A stretch of DNA of 63,111 nt, counting the filler, from Sphacelaria rigidula (taxonomy: Eukaryota), in assembly GCA_964200075.2 (NCBI GenBank). It is 6 parts of 6 records of this genome, joined end to end, with 100 filler letters (N's around TTAATTAATTAA, not from the genome) between each part and the next. Parts side by side here need not be neighbours in the genome. Positions count along the whole stretch, not along the records: positions 31,610 to 42,044 come from CAXNAA020006500.1; positions 42,145 to 52,578 come from CAXNAA020006501.1; 4 more parts are not named here. One strand, written 5' to 3'. A program made the translations under genes and the position numbers. The notes beneath the pieces were generated by a model. That model saw nothing but the letters and a program-made list of their open reading frames with translations, did no database searches and had not been told where the DNA came from. Positions within the stretch are counted from its first letter, which is position 1. Each line of letters begins with the position of its first letter. Below are positions 35,401 to 47,800 of the stretch, in pieces.

Positions 35401-38171
35401 TTCTTGATTCCGAGCCTGGGTTGGCGAAACCCGACGTGCTCCGTCTCGGCTTTGTAGGGATGCGAAGTCAATGGTCATATAACTATGGTATGCAAGATCA
35501 TGAGTACATCTTCCCCCCCCCCTCCCCCTTCTATGAACCCCCCAAATATGTATGTTGTCGCAAAATCACGATGAAAGCAGTATGACGACCGTGACAAGCA
35601 GCTGCGTTGGCTGCGGGAGTCATGTACAGTACATAGGCAACTAGTCCAATGAACAAATCTTTTCTTACATCTCCCCCCCCGTAGGGTGCGACGCCGTCGC
35701 CAGATAAATCCAAATCACTCGCCTCACTGGTGTTTTTCAATCACCATATCTGTCCAATACTTCTGACTCGCGGTCAAAGCCGTGCCAATCCCTTGAAAAC
35801 AGTGTACATCCTTGCTCTCTGTCTACAAGCGCACTTTCAACACATAAACCAACTTCGCTTTCGGAAGTCCAGCTACGCCTGGCGGTATAACTATTTAGAG
35901 TTAAAGCACCCGATCCCCGCGTCTTCCCCGTCCCCCGTCAAGCTTGAGCTTTTGGGGGGAAATGGGTGTGGATCCGTAACTGAGAGATACATCACCTCTT
36001 GACTCGGAGGTCATGTGTTTTGCTTTATTTTGATGAGTTTGTTCAGTCTTCAAAGGTGTGGAGTACGCCACAAAGATATTCCCGACATTCCAGGCGCTAG
36101 GGAGCAAGCGCACAGGGGGGTGATGCTGAAAGCGTTTCGAGTGAAATGAAGGGGCTGCCAAATGCGTCTAGACACTAGCACGTGAGGAAATTCACTGTGG
36201 TAGAACAAGGTCGGGAGGTTTTTCAAAAAGGAATTATCTGTGTACCTGACGAAAGTCCTCCCACACGTTGTACCACCCTCCCCTCGACGAGGAGTGCTCT
36301 GATTATGCCCCGCTGGAACATTTTCTAGGATGACTTCGGTTTTTCCGTGACTTCGGTTTTCCCGTGACTTCGATTTCTCAAGCTACTACAGTGTTGATGA
36401 ACACGAAGGCATATGCTACTCGTAGTATCCTATCGCCAGATTCGTCCTCAAGGTGTCCATTGGATTTCATGGCCGTGTCCTCAGCTCGGTGGGGTTTCTT
36501 GTGACAAAGATGTTCAGCTCGGCGGTGCTTTTCAATGTGGCGCGGGGAGAGAATAGTTCTTCCCTTTCTGATTTTAAGGCTTTAAATATTTTCATGTCTC
36601 CTCTCCGTGTCGTGGCGATGCTTGCTCACCATGACGCGAATGCGATGCGGTGTGTACGTGTACATCGCTGCTAGCGAGAAGGGGTTGGGACAACGACCGG
36701 TCTCCACCGGCGATATGCAGAAATCCGAGCGGAACGCAGTTGTTCTGGCTCGTGGACCTTTCACCATGGATAGTTTCGGTGTTGGATGTGACGGTAAAGC
36801 TCAATTCACGCCGCTATGCTCATCGCCACCACTGACGCATGTCAGGAGGAACGGTGGAAGTCGAGAATTTTTGCCCTTGCCTTGGTTCTCTTTTCCTGCA
36901 TCGTCCTTGGCACAGCTGGCAAGGGCAAGTAAAGTAGATAGTTGCGACAAATATCCAACGGGGCGCTCCCCGCACGATATCCACACCTCGCCGGCCACGC
37001 ATCTCCTTTGGACGTAGCAGCCCTCTCTTACCCCACACACCTCGACCCACTCGCGCCGACTTTCCCACAGCAGGGAACACCCGACAACGGTAACGCCAGC
37101 AGGGCCGCGGTCTCCCAGCCCCTGTTGAAACCAACCCCCCTCTGCTGCAAGCAAGCATTCTTTCCAGCCACAGCACCAGGAGGCCCAAGAGTTGCTCGCG
37201 GTGCGGTAGGCGGAGGCGGCAGCTGCGGCCTAGCAGGAGGAAGGGGCAGCGGGGGGCAGCGGGGAGGTGGTTGCCACGCGGGCCCGCCGTTGCTCTCAGC
37301 TGTGCGTACTTCGATAGTCAAGGATTCTCAACGTGCACGATCAGCGCTCTTGACATCCATAGCCGGCTCTTCCCGGGATGAATCTACGCGTATCGGAACG
37401 GGAGGTACGCGTGAGACAGAACGGGGGCAGCGGAGGGCCTCCGCGCCGGCTGCATGTCTGAGGAAGAGGCGTGGGGGTGATGATGGTGGTAGGGGTGCTT
37501 ATGATAGCCTTCGAATGCTGAAAGAGAGTGAAGTTCGGGCGACGACGCCGCTTCTGCAAGGACCTGATGGGAGTCCTCGAGGAGAGGGAAGGGGCGCATT
37601 GTATCGAAGAAGGGACTTTGAGGGGAAGAGCAGCAGACAGGAAAAGACTCTTGCTGAGCGTGAAGAACAAGCACCGATTGCGGGAGATTATTGCACTTGT
37701 CATCTGCTGGTGGAAAATGATGGATTAGACTTACCAGAGGACAAGATGCACGATTTTTCAACTGTTGTGTGGCAAAGAGAACAAAGAGAGCAACCGCAGA
37801 GAATCAGCGTTAGTGGTGGTGGGTTTCAAACGAAACACAAGGAAAGCCATGAACCATGGATGGAACAGAATGAGACGAGGCAACGAAGGCCCGTGACCGG
37901 CGCGCCAAGCCACGGACATTTTCTGCCATCTACAGCTAATGAAGCAAGTAATCTGGAGGTTGTCGGAACCAGAAATGGCTGTATGGTGCAAAGTGTAGAC
38001 GGGTCACCATCAGGAACATTCGCATCTTTCGCTGAATATAGCGGCGGGGGAAGCGAAGAAATAGTCAACCGCAGTGGTAGTAAAAGCAGGGATAGAAGGA
38101 CCATTTCTCCACCTAGGCAGCCTTCTGCGGTTCGTCGACTGAAGCTGAGGCTCGAGGAAATGGGCCAATAA
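32481..38171 (+). CDS. Putative multi-exon gene: signal-peptide-like N-terminus with a mostly low-complexity body; function unknown
   Basis: Exons 32481-32587, 32922-33141, 34101-34496 and 37071-38171 are phase-consistent (2, 0, 0) with gtgagc/gtgagt/gtgacg donors; starts MNVLHNPAHSPWACLWVTALLNCASGYVVLIPRAVR. Extra coding-like ORFs at 34613-35290 are unplaced. Confidence 0.5.
32668..32774 (+). mobile_element. Poly(C)-associated dispersed repeat, copy D (5'-truncated, intronic)
   Basis: cgagcctggtccggtgaaagcccgg...tgtagggatgc...ctatggcatgcaagatgatgagtaaaccttcccc. Confidence 0.75.
35379..35528 (+). mobile_element. Poly(C)-associated dispersed repeat, copy E (5'-truncated)
   Basis: C-runs on both sides; ends gatcatgagtacatcttccccccccc. 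Confidence 0.8.
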
Positions 38172-38224
38172 CTTGCTGTTGTTGGTGATGAGTTTAATGT
38201 AGAGGGCAAGAGACGGTCACTGAA

Positions 38225-38600
38225 AGCTTTTTCAAGAGTTATGCTGATACGGCTAGCCGATAACACCAGCATTGCTCAGGCTTACGATAACACTTCATTC
38301 TGTAGACAGCGAGGATGCTCATGTGCTCAGGAAATCCGTGACCTCGGTGAGAAGCCGCCGCGACGATCGTCGCGGGTGGAACAGGTGCAAGAAAATGACG
38401 ATGGTCGAGGACAACAACGATATCAAGGGCACATGAGCCATAGCCATGTCGAGGGGAGGCGCGTTCAGTCGCGAGGGCATCCTATGCTGGGAACAGGTGC
38501 CCCCTTATGTGTGAACGCTGCGGACTGTGGACGCTGCAGATTGTGTCGTGCGTAGTCAAGTGTCGTAAGGCTACCTGATCATCGCAATAAAGCGAGGGCC
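38225..38600 (+). mobile_element. Highly decayed Ty1/copia-like RNase H fragment
   Basis: Frame-broken SYAD..., MVEDNN...AIAMSRGGAFSR...TLQIVSC resemble the copia RNase H YxD / EDNxxAI region. Confidence 0.3.
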
Positions 38601-41429
38601 AAATGCTAGTCCGCCGGTCGCGAGCACTCCCACCGAGCTCCTCCTTCCCGACATTGATGTTCTCATTCCCGGTAGGTTTCGTATTGCCTATCAGTCAATT
38701 TTCTCCAGTCCATTGTCAATGTTGCATGCTCAGAGCTACCCTTCGGGTTGGTGGGAGTATGCTCCGGACAAAATCGCGACGCGATCCTACCCCCACACGT
38801 GGACACTCTGATTGCTTGCTTTCTGAAAATGTGTACCGCAGGAGAATTTTCGAACCAAAATTGATTCCCAGTGAGGTCACATTGGCATGAAATGACTAAA
38901 CGGTGCCTTGCAGATGGGCGACTGGGCTCTATCCCACCCTGAATCCTCACCGTAGTGTTGGGCGTTGCGCCCCCCCCTCCCCCACTCCTCCCTCCCTGCG
39001 TCGACAGCTCTTACTGCTTGGCTACTCCCTTTTATCCCGTCGACCTCTCCTGCTCTCGACGGGGTCATCAATCCTATTCCCCGGTGCGCTAAAATCCCAT
39101 CGAGTGGAGTAGAGCTGAGCTGATGAATGGGTCCTCGAGCTTTGTGGATCCCACTCTGAAGCACCACTTTTCGACAAGATAACCGCAGCCGTACCCTAAA
39201 TCACACCGTGATTACACCGTGATCGCACCGCCCATTTATTTATCCAGGTTAAAAGTTTTGTTCGCCCCACTTTTGGTGTCTTGTGACACAACGCCATCGC
39301 CGTGCCGCCCCCGTCAAAAACATTACATTGGCGACAAACGACAATGACGTGATCACTACCGGGAGGATATATCAGATTTAACCAGTGGCAGTGTCAAGCG
39401 AGAGAGAAAGAGAGAGAGAGAGAGATGAAAGTGGGACGTGATTGTTTTGGGTGAGGGCATTGTAGAATCGCACAAGATGGTGACCGTGTCAACCTCTATC
39501 AAGAAGTACTTGGAGGACAGGATGGAGCGGGTGCCTGTGTATATTTCGCTGGGAGGTTATCCGTTCAAGAACAAAATCTTCGCACGACTAAACAGCTCTC
39601 TTGGAGCTGTGGTCGTTGATACCTGTTGTCTTGGCTTGCCGATCGAATGGAGAGCAGACGTGTTTACGGCGATAGCAGTGCGCTGATTGCTTTCCCCTGA
39701 ACTGGAGAGTCGATGCGGGCAAATCGTGTGAGAAGCAGTATACTGGTAAACGGAATGGTATCCTGAGGCGCATATTGCGACGTTCCCCATTGTCGATGGG
39801 GTCGTCGCGATGTATTCGAGGTACTGGTATCTTGGGCGCACATCAGACAGCCCCACGACAATGCAATTAGTACATTGTACTTATGCTGACAACCCCCACA
39901 GAAACGTGAAACGTTCCAATATGCGCTTCGAGGTACCTCTGTGGCCATCTGTGACGTAGAGGCCAACTTGTCCTGAGCAGCATATTAACGAGCCGCTACG
40001 ATTGATTGCCAATGAGTAAAACTGCGGATACGTGGTGGCGTCATACCAGCAAAATCTGTGTTCAACAAAAACAGTATAGCCAATGGTCTGTCGGGAAAAA
40101 AAAATGGACACGGAGTCGCCCCCCCGTCCCGGAGGGCAATTTTTCGAAAATAGTCATGGTGTTTTGTGATTTGCTTTCGTGACTCTTTTTACAGACCCTT
40201 GGTACAGTATTGTTGTCTGTAGTCTCGTACCCGGTTCGTGGTAAACACGTGCCCAATAGTACAGACGGGCCTATTCAACTGAAGCGCACCATACGAGCAC
40301 GAAAATTTGACAGAAGCATCGTCTTCGTTAATTGGTACTGCTGCGTACTGCCAATGTCCACCTAAATGGCGTACCCCACGTGTGCGTCCGACTGGAGGTT
40401 AGGAGCCTACAGTACATGTTCGTTGTCGACGATCTGTCAGCGATCTAGTGGTCGAGCGAAAAGTTTTCCTTCATCTGAGCTGTTCCAGCTGGTGTGAGAA
40501 ACTGCTTCAGTCGGGCTGACGCTGATCCGTCCGGTCACAAAAGATGCTTACGATGCGAATGGAAATCTGAGGCGTTCATCAGCCTCACCTGGTTAGGTGG
40601 AACGCAAGCAACTAGAGAGTGAGACCTTCGTTTGCTGTTCTTCTCATCGCATCAGCCCCTTATGTTCAGACCCGTGGTCGAAATGAAGAAGTGAGGTACG
40701 TCACTGCCATGGCGAGCCTGCAGATGGTGCTTTCCCCGCTAACCACAATGCATCATCAACATGAAAGCTGGAATACGAAGAAACCACAAGCACCGGCATA
40801 CCGGTAGAGCAACTAGGAATTAAAACAGGAAAATAATTATGAATGCTTTGGAATTACTGCATGAAAGAGTGAAATACACTGCATTTCGATGTTGAGAATC
40901 CGTACGCCATGGATGTACCTACGCCAGTACAAACGAGCGCCATTGTCCACACTATTCACACAATATTGGTATCAAAATGACGGTGATCACATGAATACTA
41001 CTGACCACGAGGCTCTTCATCACAAGCTGCTGGCAAAAAGAGTTGCACGGTTGAACAGTCAAGACGCAAATGCACGACTAACAGGATATTACTCAGAAGT
41101 GCGCTTGCTATACTGCACTAAGTGGACGTCAAATTTTTCCTATGTTTTCCTGCACTGATGTGTAGTGTAGTGGTGGAATCAACCGATAAGAGGACAGCAA
41201 AGGGGGGAGAGGTATGGAGAGAAAACAGCATTCATACCACGCAAAAACAAACGAACAAACTGGTGAACAAACAACGGGCAAGCAAGCGAACAGCGACCCA
41301 GCGATAACAGCAACAAACAGAACGGGAAAGTACGAAGGGGAAAACACGGGGAACAAGCAAACAAACAAAAGCAGAGCGAACTAGCGTATGTAGTATCACG
41401 CAGTCGAGAGGAGGGCATGCGAAGTTTAT

Positions 41430-41720
41430 CTACTTAAGCACACGGTTGCTCTGCCGCCCTGGTGTCCATTGTGATCGATTTTCACCCCGTGTCGACATGC
41501 GCATGGTCCCCGTCTTCTTCACGAACACGGTCCATCCAAATGCTTCGCATGGTCGGCCAACGGTTCGCGTCATCTTGGCAAGGCTCGCCTGTGACCTGGA
41601 TGCAATGCCAGCGACATCGGCATACAGAATGGCCCACAACTGTTGCTCACGAGCATTCCTCCTGTGTCTCCTCTTCCCTAGCCCTCGGCTCTTCGGGCTG
41701 TTGTACCAACAACCTGAATT
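41430..41720 (-). mobile_element. RTE-like LINE reverse-transcriptase fragment (decayed)
   Basis: WAILYADVAGIASRSQASLAKM...CEAFGWTVFVKKTGTM matches the LYADD...FGLxVSxxKT block of non-LTR RTs; YADD is mutated to YADV. Confidence 0.85.
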
Positions 41721-42044
41721 TCCCGAGCTCTATCGAACACCTGAATTTTGCGTATCACGAACACCTGTATTCTGCACGCAACACCCACTCTTTTTTTTAG
41801 ATGAAATCGCTACTCTCCAGGTATATTGAACCAAGGGTCTGTCAAACAAACATTTCGGGACACCTAGACCCCAAGATCGAAAAATTCGAGTTTTCGAGGA
41901 GGGGGGGGGGAGGCAGCCTGATGTCCCCTTGTTTATTGCCGAGGCGTTGGAGGATGCGGTCAGCTGCCGTGTACAGAGATCCTTGGCATGGAGACCGCTG
42001 AGATCACGGACACACCGCCCCTCCAAGCTCATCACCTACTATGA

Positions 42045-42144
42045 NNNNNNNNNNNNNNNNNNNNNNNNNNNNNNNNNNNNNNNNNNNNTTAATTAATTAA
42101 NNNNNNNNNNNNNNNNNNNNNNNNNNNNNNNNNNNNNNNNNNNN
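42045..42144. other. Artificial contig linker
   Basis: N44-TTAATTAATTAA-N44. Confidence 0.98.
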
Positions 42145-42239
42145 CCCCCCCAACCCCATCTCCATCTCGCAAGGGATGCGCGGTCAACGGTCAAACGATC
42201 AACGCAAAGGCAACCAGTAAATGAGTACGCCTCTCCCCC
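42145..42239 (+). mobile_element. Poly(C)-associated repeat, variant subfamily, copy F at contig start
   Basis: agggatgcgcggtcaacggtcaaac...aaatgagtacgcctctccccc. Confidence 0.6.
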
Positions 42240-42308
42240 AGCCTCATCATTCTCCATCTACCTGACACAACAAAAATCTGGTCTTGCCGTACTATATGTA
42301 ACTCTTAC

Positions 42309-43068
42309 CCCCAAAGCCGGCCCCGTCGGCACACTCGGCATCGAGGACCGCCTCCAACGCCCTTTCCAACTCCTCCTCTGCTCGTTCCAGCCTCTCAGCC
42401 GCACCCTCTTCCCCTCTGTCCACTGCGGCCTGCGCTTCCTCCACCTGCGCAGCACCGCCGTCAAAACGCGGACAAGCATGCACGAGGGGGGAACACCATC
42501 ACGATGCCAATGAAGGTTAACCCTTCAGGAGCCAATGGGCGCGTGACTCGCGTACACACCTTTCCTTTCCTTTTTTTTCCTCCCCTTAAAAGCAATATGA
42601 AGGCCATATTGCAGGCAGCTGCACTGACTGCAGGAGCAATAGATAGTACACTACGTGCACAGCACATGGGCGGCCTGCGGTATATCAGAGTATTAAATGG
42701 ACGATTAAACTTCCGTTTTTACTTTATCGGATAACTTTGGCAAGTACAGTGAACAGCATGTACTTGGAAAACAATCCCGTCGCCCCGTGAAAGCCCACGA
42801 AGAATTGAAGGGCATGACCACCGTGATTTTTATTTGAGGGTTTGGCCCAGACTTTTTGAGAAGTACGCGTCGAAAAATTGAAGGACACTTAGTCGAATGA
42901 ACCGAACTCCGGAAAAAAGGCGCGCGCGCGCGGGGGGGGCGCGGGGGGGGGGGGGGGGGGGGCCCTTGTATGTGGGGTGCCAGGGGTTGATGGTCTTTGG
43001 CCCCCCCTTCCGCCAGCGCCCGNNNNNNNNNNGGGGGGTAGGGCGGAGTAGTGGGGGGCGGGGGGGAG

Positions 43069-43132
<64 letters not shown>

Positions 43133-44836
43133 CGTACTTATGATCTGGTATGCCATGGTCATATGATCGTTGACCTCGCATTCCTACAGAGCCGGGACGG
43201 GGCACACCGGGTTTTCGCCGGATCAGGCTCGCAATCCATCACCAAGAGCGAAGAGCCGTGGTGTTTTCGGCGAGTCGCGTGAAGGGTGAGCTGCATCCTG
43301 CCAAGACAAGTTTTTGTGGCGACACCAACCTTGATATGTACGCAGGTCGAGGAACGCATTTCACGGACCCCACTATGGGCCAGATCGGGGACGTTCAAAT
43401 GGGGATGTTACGATTTTCCCCGATTTTGAGCCCAAATCGGGGGAGAGTTGACGTTCCCCAAATCTGCAGGAAGGTGACGTATGTTCAGCGACAGTACCAT
43501 GATTGAGCAACAGGCGATTGATATTTTTGCAACCGCAGCAGCAGACAGTCTCGTGACGGCGCAGGCCGTCCGTGCCTGAACGCGACAGCTGCTGGAGCAG
43601 CTTTGCACGGGGTCTGCAAGCGGATAAGAAGTGTTGACGCCGTACCCTGCGGCGATGGTAACATTTTATGCTGTAATGCGCTGCCGTATGTATCATCACA
43701 ATGAACGGTACCGTACTATCCTGCTCTCTGTTGTCGCTGTACTTGCGGGGTGATGTACGCCCTGCACTACTGAACTCTTCTCGCACACTTTCAACTGTCC
43801 TCGCAATACCGACTGCGCCTTCATGTATTGCCACATCGCACCATCATGTGCTGTGATGATGGAGTGTTCTGCACTGCGTTACGCTAGGGTGCCACGGTAC
43901 GACTCTGTACTCGAAGGATGATTCGCCGCTTGCCTGCTCTTCAGCTTCACTGGTACGCGATACCCCACCCATGCAAAAAATGACAGTCCGTGTGCAGCAC
44001 TATTACACAAATCTGAGACTATAAAACGGTCCCGACGGATCTGACTTTCGTAAATATGAGTCCCCCCGATTTTGCACAGATTGGGGATCTCCACAGAAGT
44101 GAGATTCGTCCCCATGAAAACTAGCCTAATATTGTTCAACCCGAAGCGTACTGGTTATCCTTCATGTGTTGCTGGGAAATCACTAGAGTTTACAAGCCAA
44201 AGACAACCTCGAACGAGTTCCTTCATTTTCTGGTATCGCCACTTCCAGAGAAAGCCACGGGTTACACACTGCTTATGGGCGTCTCGTCATAGGAAAGCGG
44301 AGAGGGCGGGGATCGTGACGGGATTGGCCCTACACCAGCGCAACACTGTTTTGCTGTTGCGATTGTACTGTACTGTTTGCAGGCACAAACGCACTGGAAT
44401 ATGACAATAAAATTTCACATAAACAGCGAACACGGTGGAGTATGACACACCCACATCTAGTCCCACCTCCTTCTCCGGGTTCCTGCCGCTCTCCCCTTCA
44501 GCAGATCCACCAGATGCCCCTATCTGTGCCCCTTTCGTTTCTCCCGGACCTCCCGTCCCCAAGCCGCCTGCTGTCCCTCCGTCGCTGCCATCGCCAGAGG
44601 AATTCCCATTGCTGCCGCCACGTACCTTCGAAGCAAGCTCCTGCACGTACAGTAGTGTCGATGTTGGGGGTATAGTCAAAACAGCCAGTGTCGACGAGGT
44701 TGAAGGCGTGTTCCGCATGGGGTTAGCCCTCTGATTAATTCCGTTCTCGGTTGTGTGCAGCAACAGCTGTACGTATACGGACTGACTCTCAACTCTTGGC
44801 CTACTTATACTCGCCCTCACTCACTCTCACTTGACT

Positions 44837-44882
<46 letters not shown>

Positions 44883-47800
44883 GCAACATCAACATATAAA
44901 CAGGTGCTGGGTGAGGCAGGTCAGGTATTATGATACTTTCATGTATTCGGCCCTCAGCGTTTTTCCTGGGTGCATGTGTTGCACAGTGTACGGTTTAAGC
45001 GACCTGTTTCGGGACGACAGACGAAAGCACGTCTAACTCACGAGGTGGGAAAATTTCCACATTCAACATTACATGATACTCGTCTGCTGCGGAAACCAAT
45101 ATAACTATATTCCACATTCTCGAGAGAAGCAAAACCCCCCACCATCCGTGTTTTTTTCTTTGCAGCAACACGCGAACTGGCGTCAGTTGTGGAGATGCTG
45201 TACTAGACATACAGCAAACGGTTGCGTATGCGCATTATGAACCCTTCGTACATCCTATATACTGTATACAATACGTGTCAAGGAGAATGAGACAAGAGAC
45301 AAACAAATTGGGGTGTGAAAACCAGATCCGGGTCTTCATACCTACACGGTCTCAAACCGGGGCCTAAAATAAAACAAAAAGCGGAAGCTTTTGCCTGAAA
45401 AATTGTAGTGTTGGATCCCCTGTAACTGGGGGTTCAGGGTCTGCCTATCCGTCGGGGGTTAGCCTTAGAGCCAGGGCTAGCGGTAAGAGCGAGTTGTTTT
45501 GGCCTGTATGAAATCCGGATCTACTTTTCTACACTACAGACCGTGAAGTACCCCGGACGAGCATCACACAAAACGTTTCTGCCAGTACAGCAACACGGCC
45601 GAGCGGGCCGGAAGTATTCGCACCTGCTACAGACAGACATCCTGCACCCCAGATAATCAGTAAGGTATGTTACAGAAGCTCAATTCAATAGGGTCCCCAT
45701 CGCCTCGGGATGCACTCTGTGATTCCGTCGTCTTCACTCGGCTTCCGACCAATCCTCGGTCTGAAAAGATAATCAACAACAGAAAACACTCCTCACTTTG
45801 GCTTTTGTACCGTCGACAATGGGATTACAACGGTAGCATCCAGTGGGAGGGCCCGAAGGCCAACTCTCTTCGGCTGCAGACGTGGCCGCGCTGTAGGCCT
45901 ATACTTCAGAGGTGTCTACAATATCTCCCCCCCGCCCCTCCGCACCTAAACGTCGGAGGTGTCTATTAGAAGTGGGAACGGTGCTCCGTCTCGAAAGGGA
46001 TGCGTGGTCAATGGTCAAACAACATCGGCAAGTAACAAATGAGTACGCCCCCCTTCCCCCTCGTCCAACTCCAACATATGACGGACAAACGCTTCGCCTG
46101 GTGTTGTATCTAAGCCCTGTGACCACGGGGTACTTTCCTCTCTCCTGGCACCGGGTATTGAAGAGTTTCGACACTGAAAAACGGAAGCAGCAGCGGGCAG
46201 GGAACTACCTTGGAATTCAGACTCGATGACGCTCAGCTAGCGCGGGCGGTGCCGGTGCCACCGAGCACGGAGGTCGCCACGCTGCCGTGTATGGTGGCCG
46301 GGTTGGTGGGGAGCCTCAAAGTCGTTAACATGGCCCAAGTTTTCCAGTCGGATGAGCAAAGGCTCGCGGCATTGATCAGCAAACCAACGAAGGTAGGCGA
46401 GAGGCTGGCGCCGCTAATGACAGACGCTGGCTGTAACGCAGAATCAATTCCGGGATGAAGCCCACGAACTGGCAGCAGCGCAGCGAGACGGATTCGCTGC
46501 CAACCAGAAGCTCTCGGCTTGCCGGGAGATGGTACGCGCAGTGCCAGCGCGGTGGGTTGGAGCACTGCGGCTGCCCGAGAGCGAAGGCACATAATGTGTT
46601 ATCCTGCCAGCCCAGAAAGGAAAAGGCAGAGCTCGAAATCAGCCAGCGGCGTCGCCGGACGAAGCCGTGCCCGAGGACGTTCCCCATTCCGACGGCGGCA
46701 GCTCCGACGGCGGCAGTGAGAGGTCTTCCAAGCAGAACTGAGTTGCTGACTGTGAGGCGTCGATGTCACGTGATCATAATGCCGGCGCACGGCATCTTGG
46801 ATGAAATATGTGGCAAATAGCTGTAAACCTCCCGTGTGACGTACAAAACCGCATGCGCATTTGGATTGCAGTGCGGTACGGGAGTACTCACAAAAGCGGA
46901 CTTGAGGTGAGTGAGCGTGTGTTAGCTGTTGGCTAGCCGATTTAGTGCACGTAGGCAGCGTTTGCAGAGCGGTGAGCCCAGAGCGAAGATGCAGGGTGGG
47001 GTGCAAGCGAGATACAGCTGCAACAAGCGAGCGTGAGTTAAAAGTAGCGGATGCGCATCGCATGGGAACGAATCTTACACATACGAGCACTTGATGAACT
47101 GGTGTTTACGAGCAGAGACCGCTAGCATGATTGTGGGTTACGGGCGAGCGCAGGCGGTGAGCGTACAGGAGTGTAGACTGCAAGCGTAATGCAGCAGCAG
47201 GAAAGAGAGCGTGGAGGTTGAACAATGAATGGCATGCAAGCGACAGTGGGCAGGAACAATGTCACAAACGTCAGCAAACGTGCGATTGGAAACAAATTAT
47301 ACAAATCAAGCGGCAGCTGTTGCAAGTGTTCGCAGAACAGGGTGCAGAGCGCAGGCGCAGTGCAGTGTGGCACATTTGAGCAAGAGTGAGCTTTGGGAAA
47401 GTGGCCACGGTTGTGTCATAAACCGTCAAGATGCACATGTTAGTGCTACAGTATTGCCCGCAGACGCAGAGTAACCGGAAGCAACCGTGTGATCGAAAGC
47501 ATATGATACAAATCAAGCGGCAGCTGTTGCAAGTGTTCGCAGAACAGGGTGCAGAGCGCAGGCGCAGTGCAGTGTGGCACATTTGAGCAAGAGTGAGCTT
47601 TGAGAAAGCGGCGTCCAGAATTCCACAAGACAAGCTAGATAAGCTGGACGCACTAATTAAGGGAGTCACGTCACGGATCGAGGGTCGGCGGATGCAGCTA
47701 GGCTGCACAAGATAGCACAGGAAAATGCACGAACATGAAGGTCGCCGTCAGGACGGCTTCATTGTCAACACATTTTATCTTCAGGGGTATCAGAGTGTTG

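Noticed and set aside
42705-43205. Proline-rich/extensin-like or Gly-rich ORFs
   Set aside because: Translation of poly(G) tracts around an N gap next to a repeat copy; low-quality homopolymer sequence.
46233-46592. Minus-strand host exon or gene
   Set aside because: No phase-consistent splice path found; it lies directly upstream of the plus-strand DIRS-like pol remnant and is better explained as part of that element.
47299-47602. CRISPR-like or LTR pair (also the 19850-19975 repeats)
   Set aside because: Only two long units with no spacer series or TG...CA LTR ends; the 21-nt repeats are coding; the context is eukaryotic with no cas genes.
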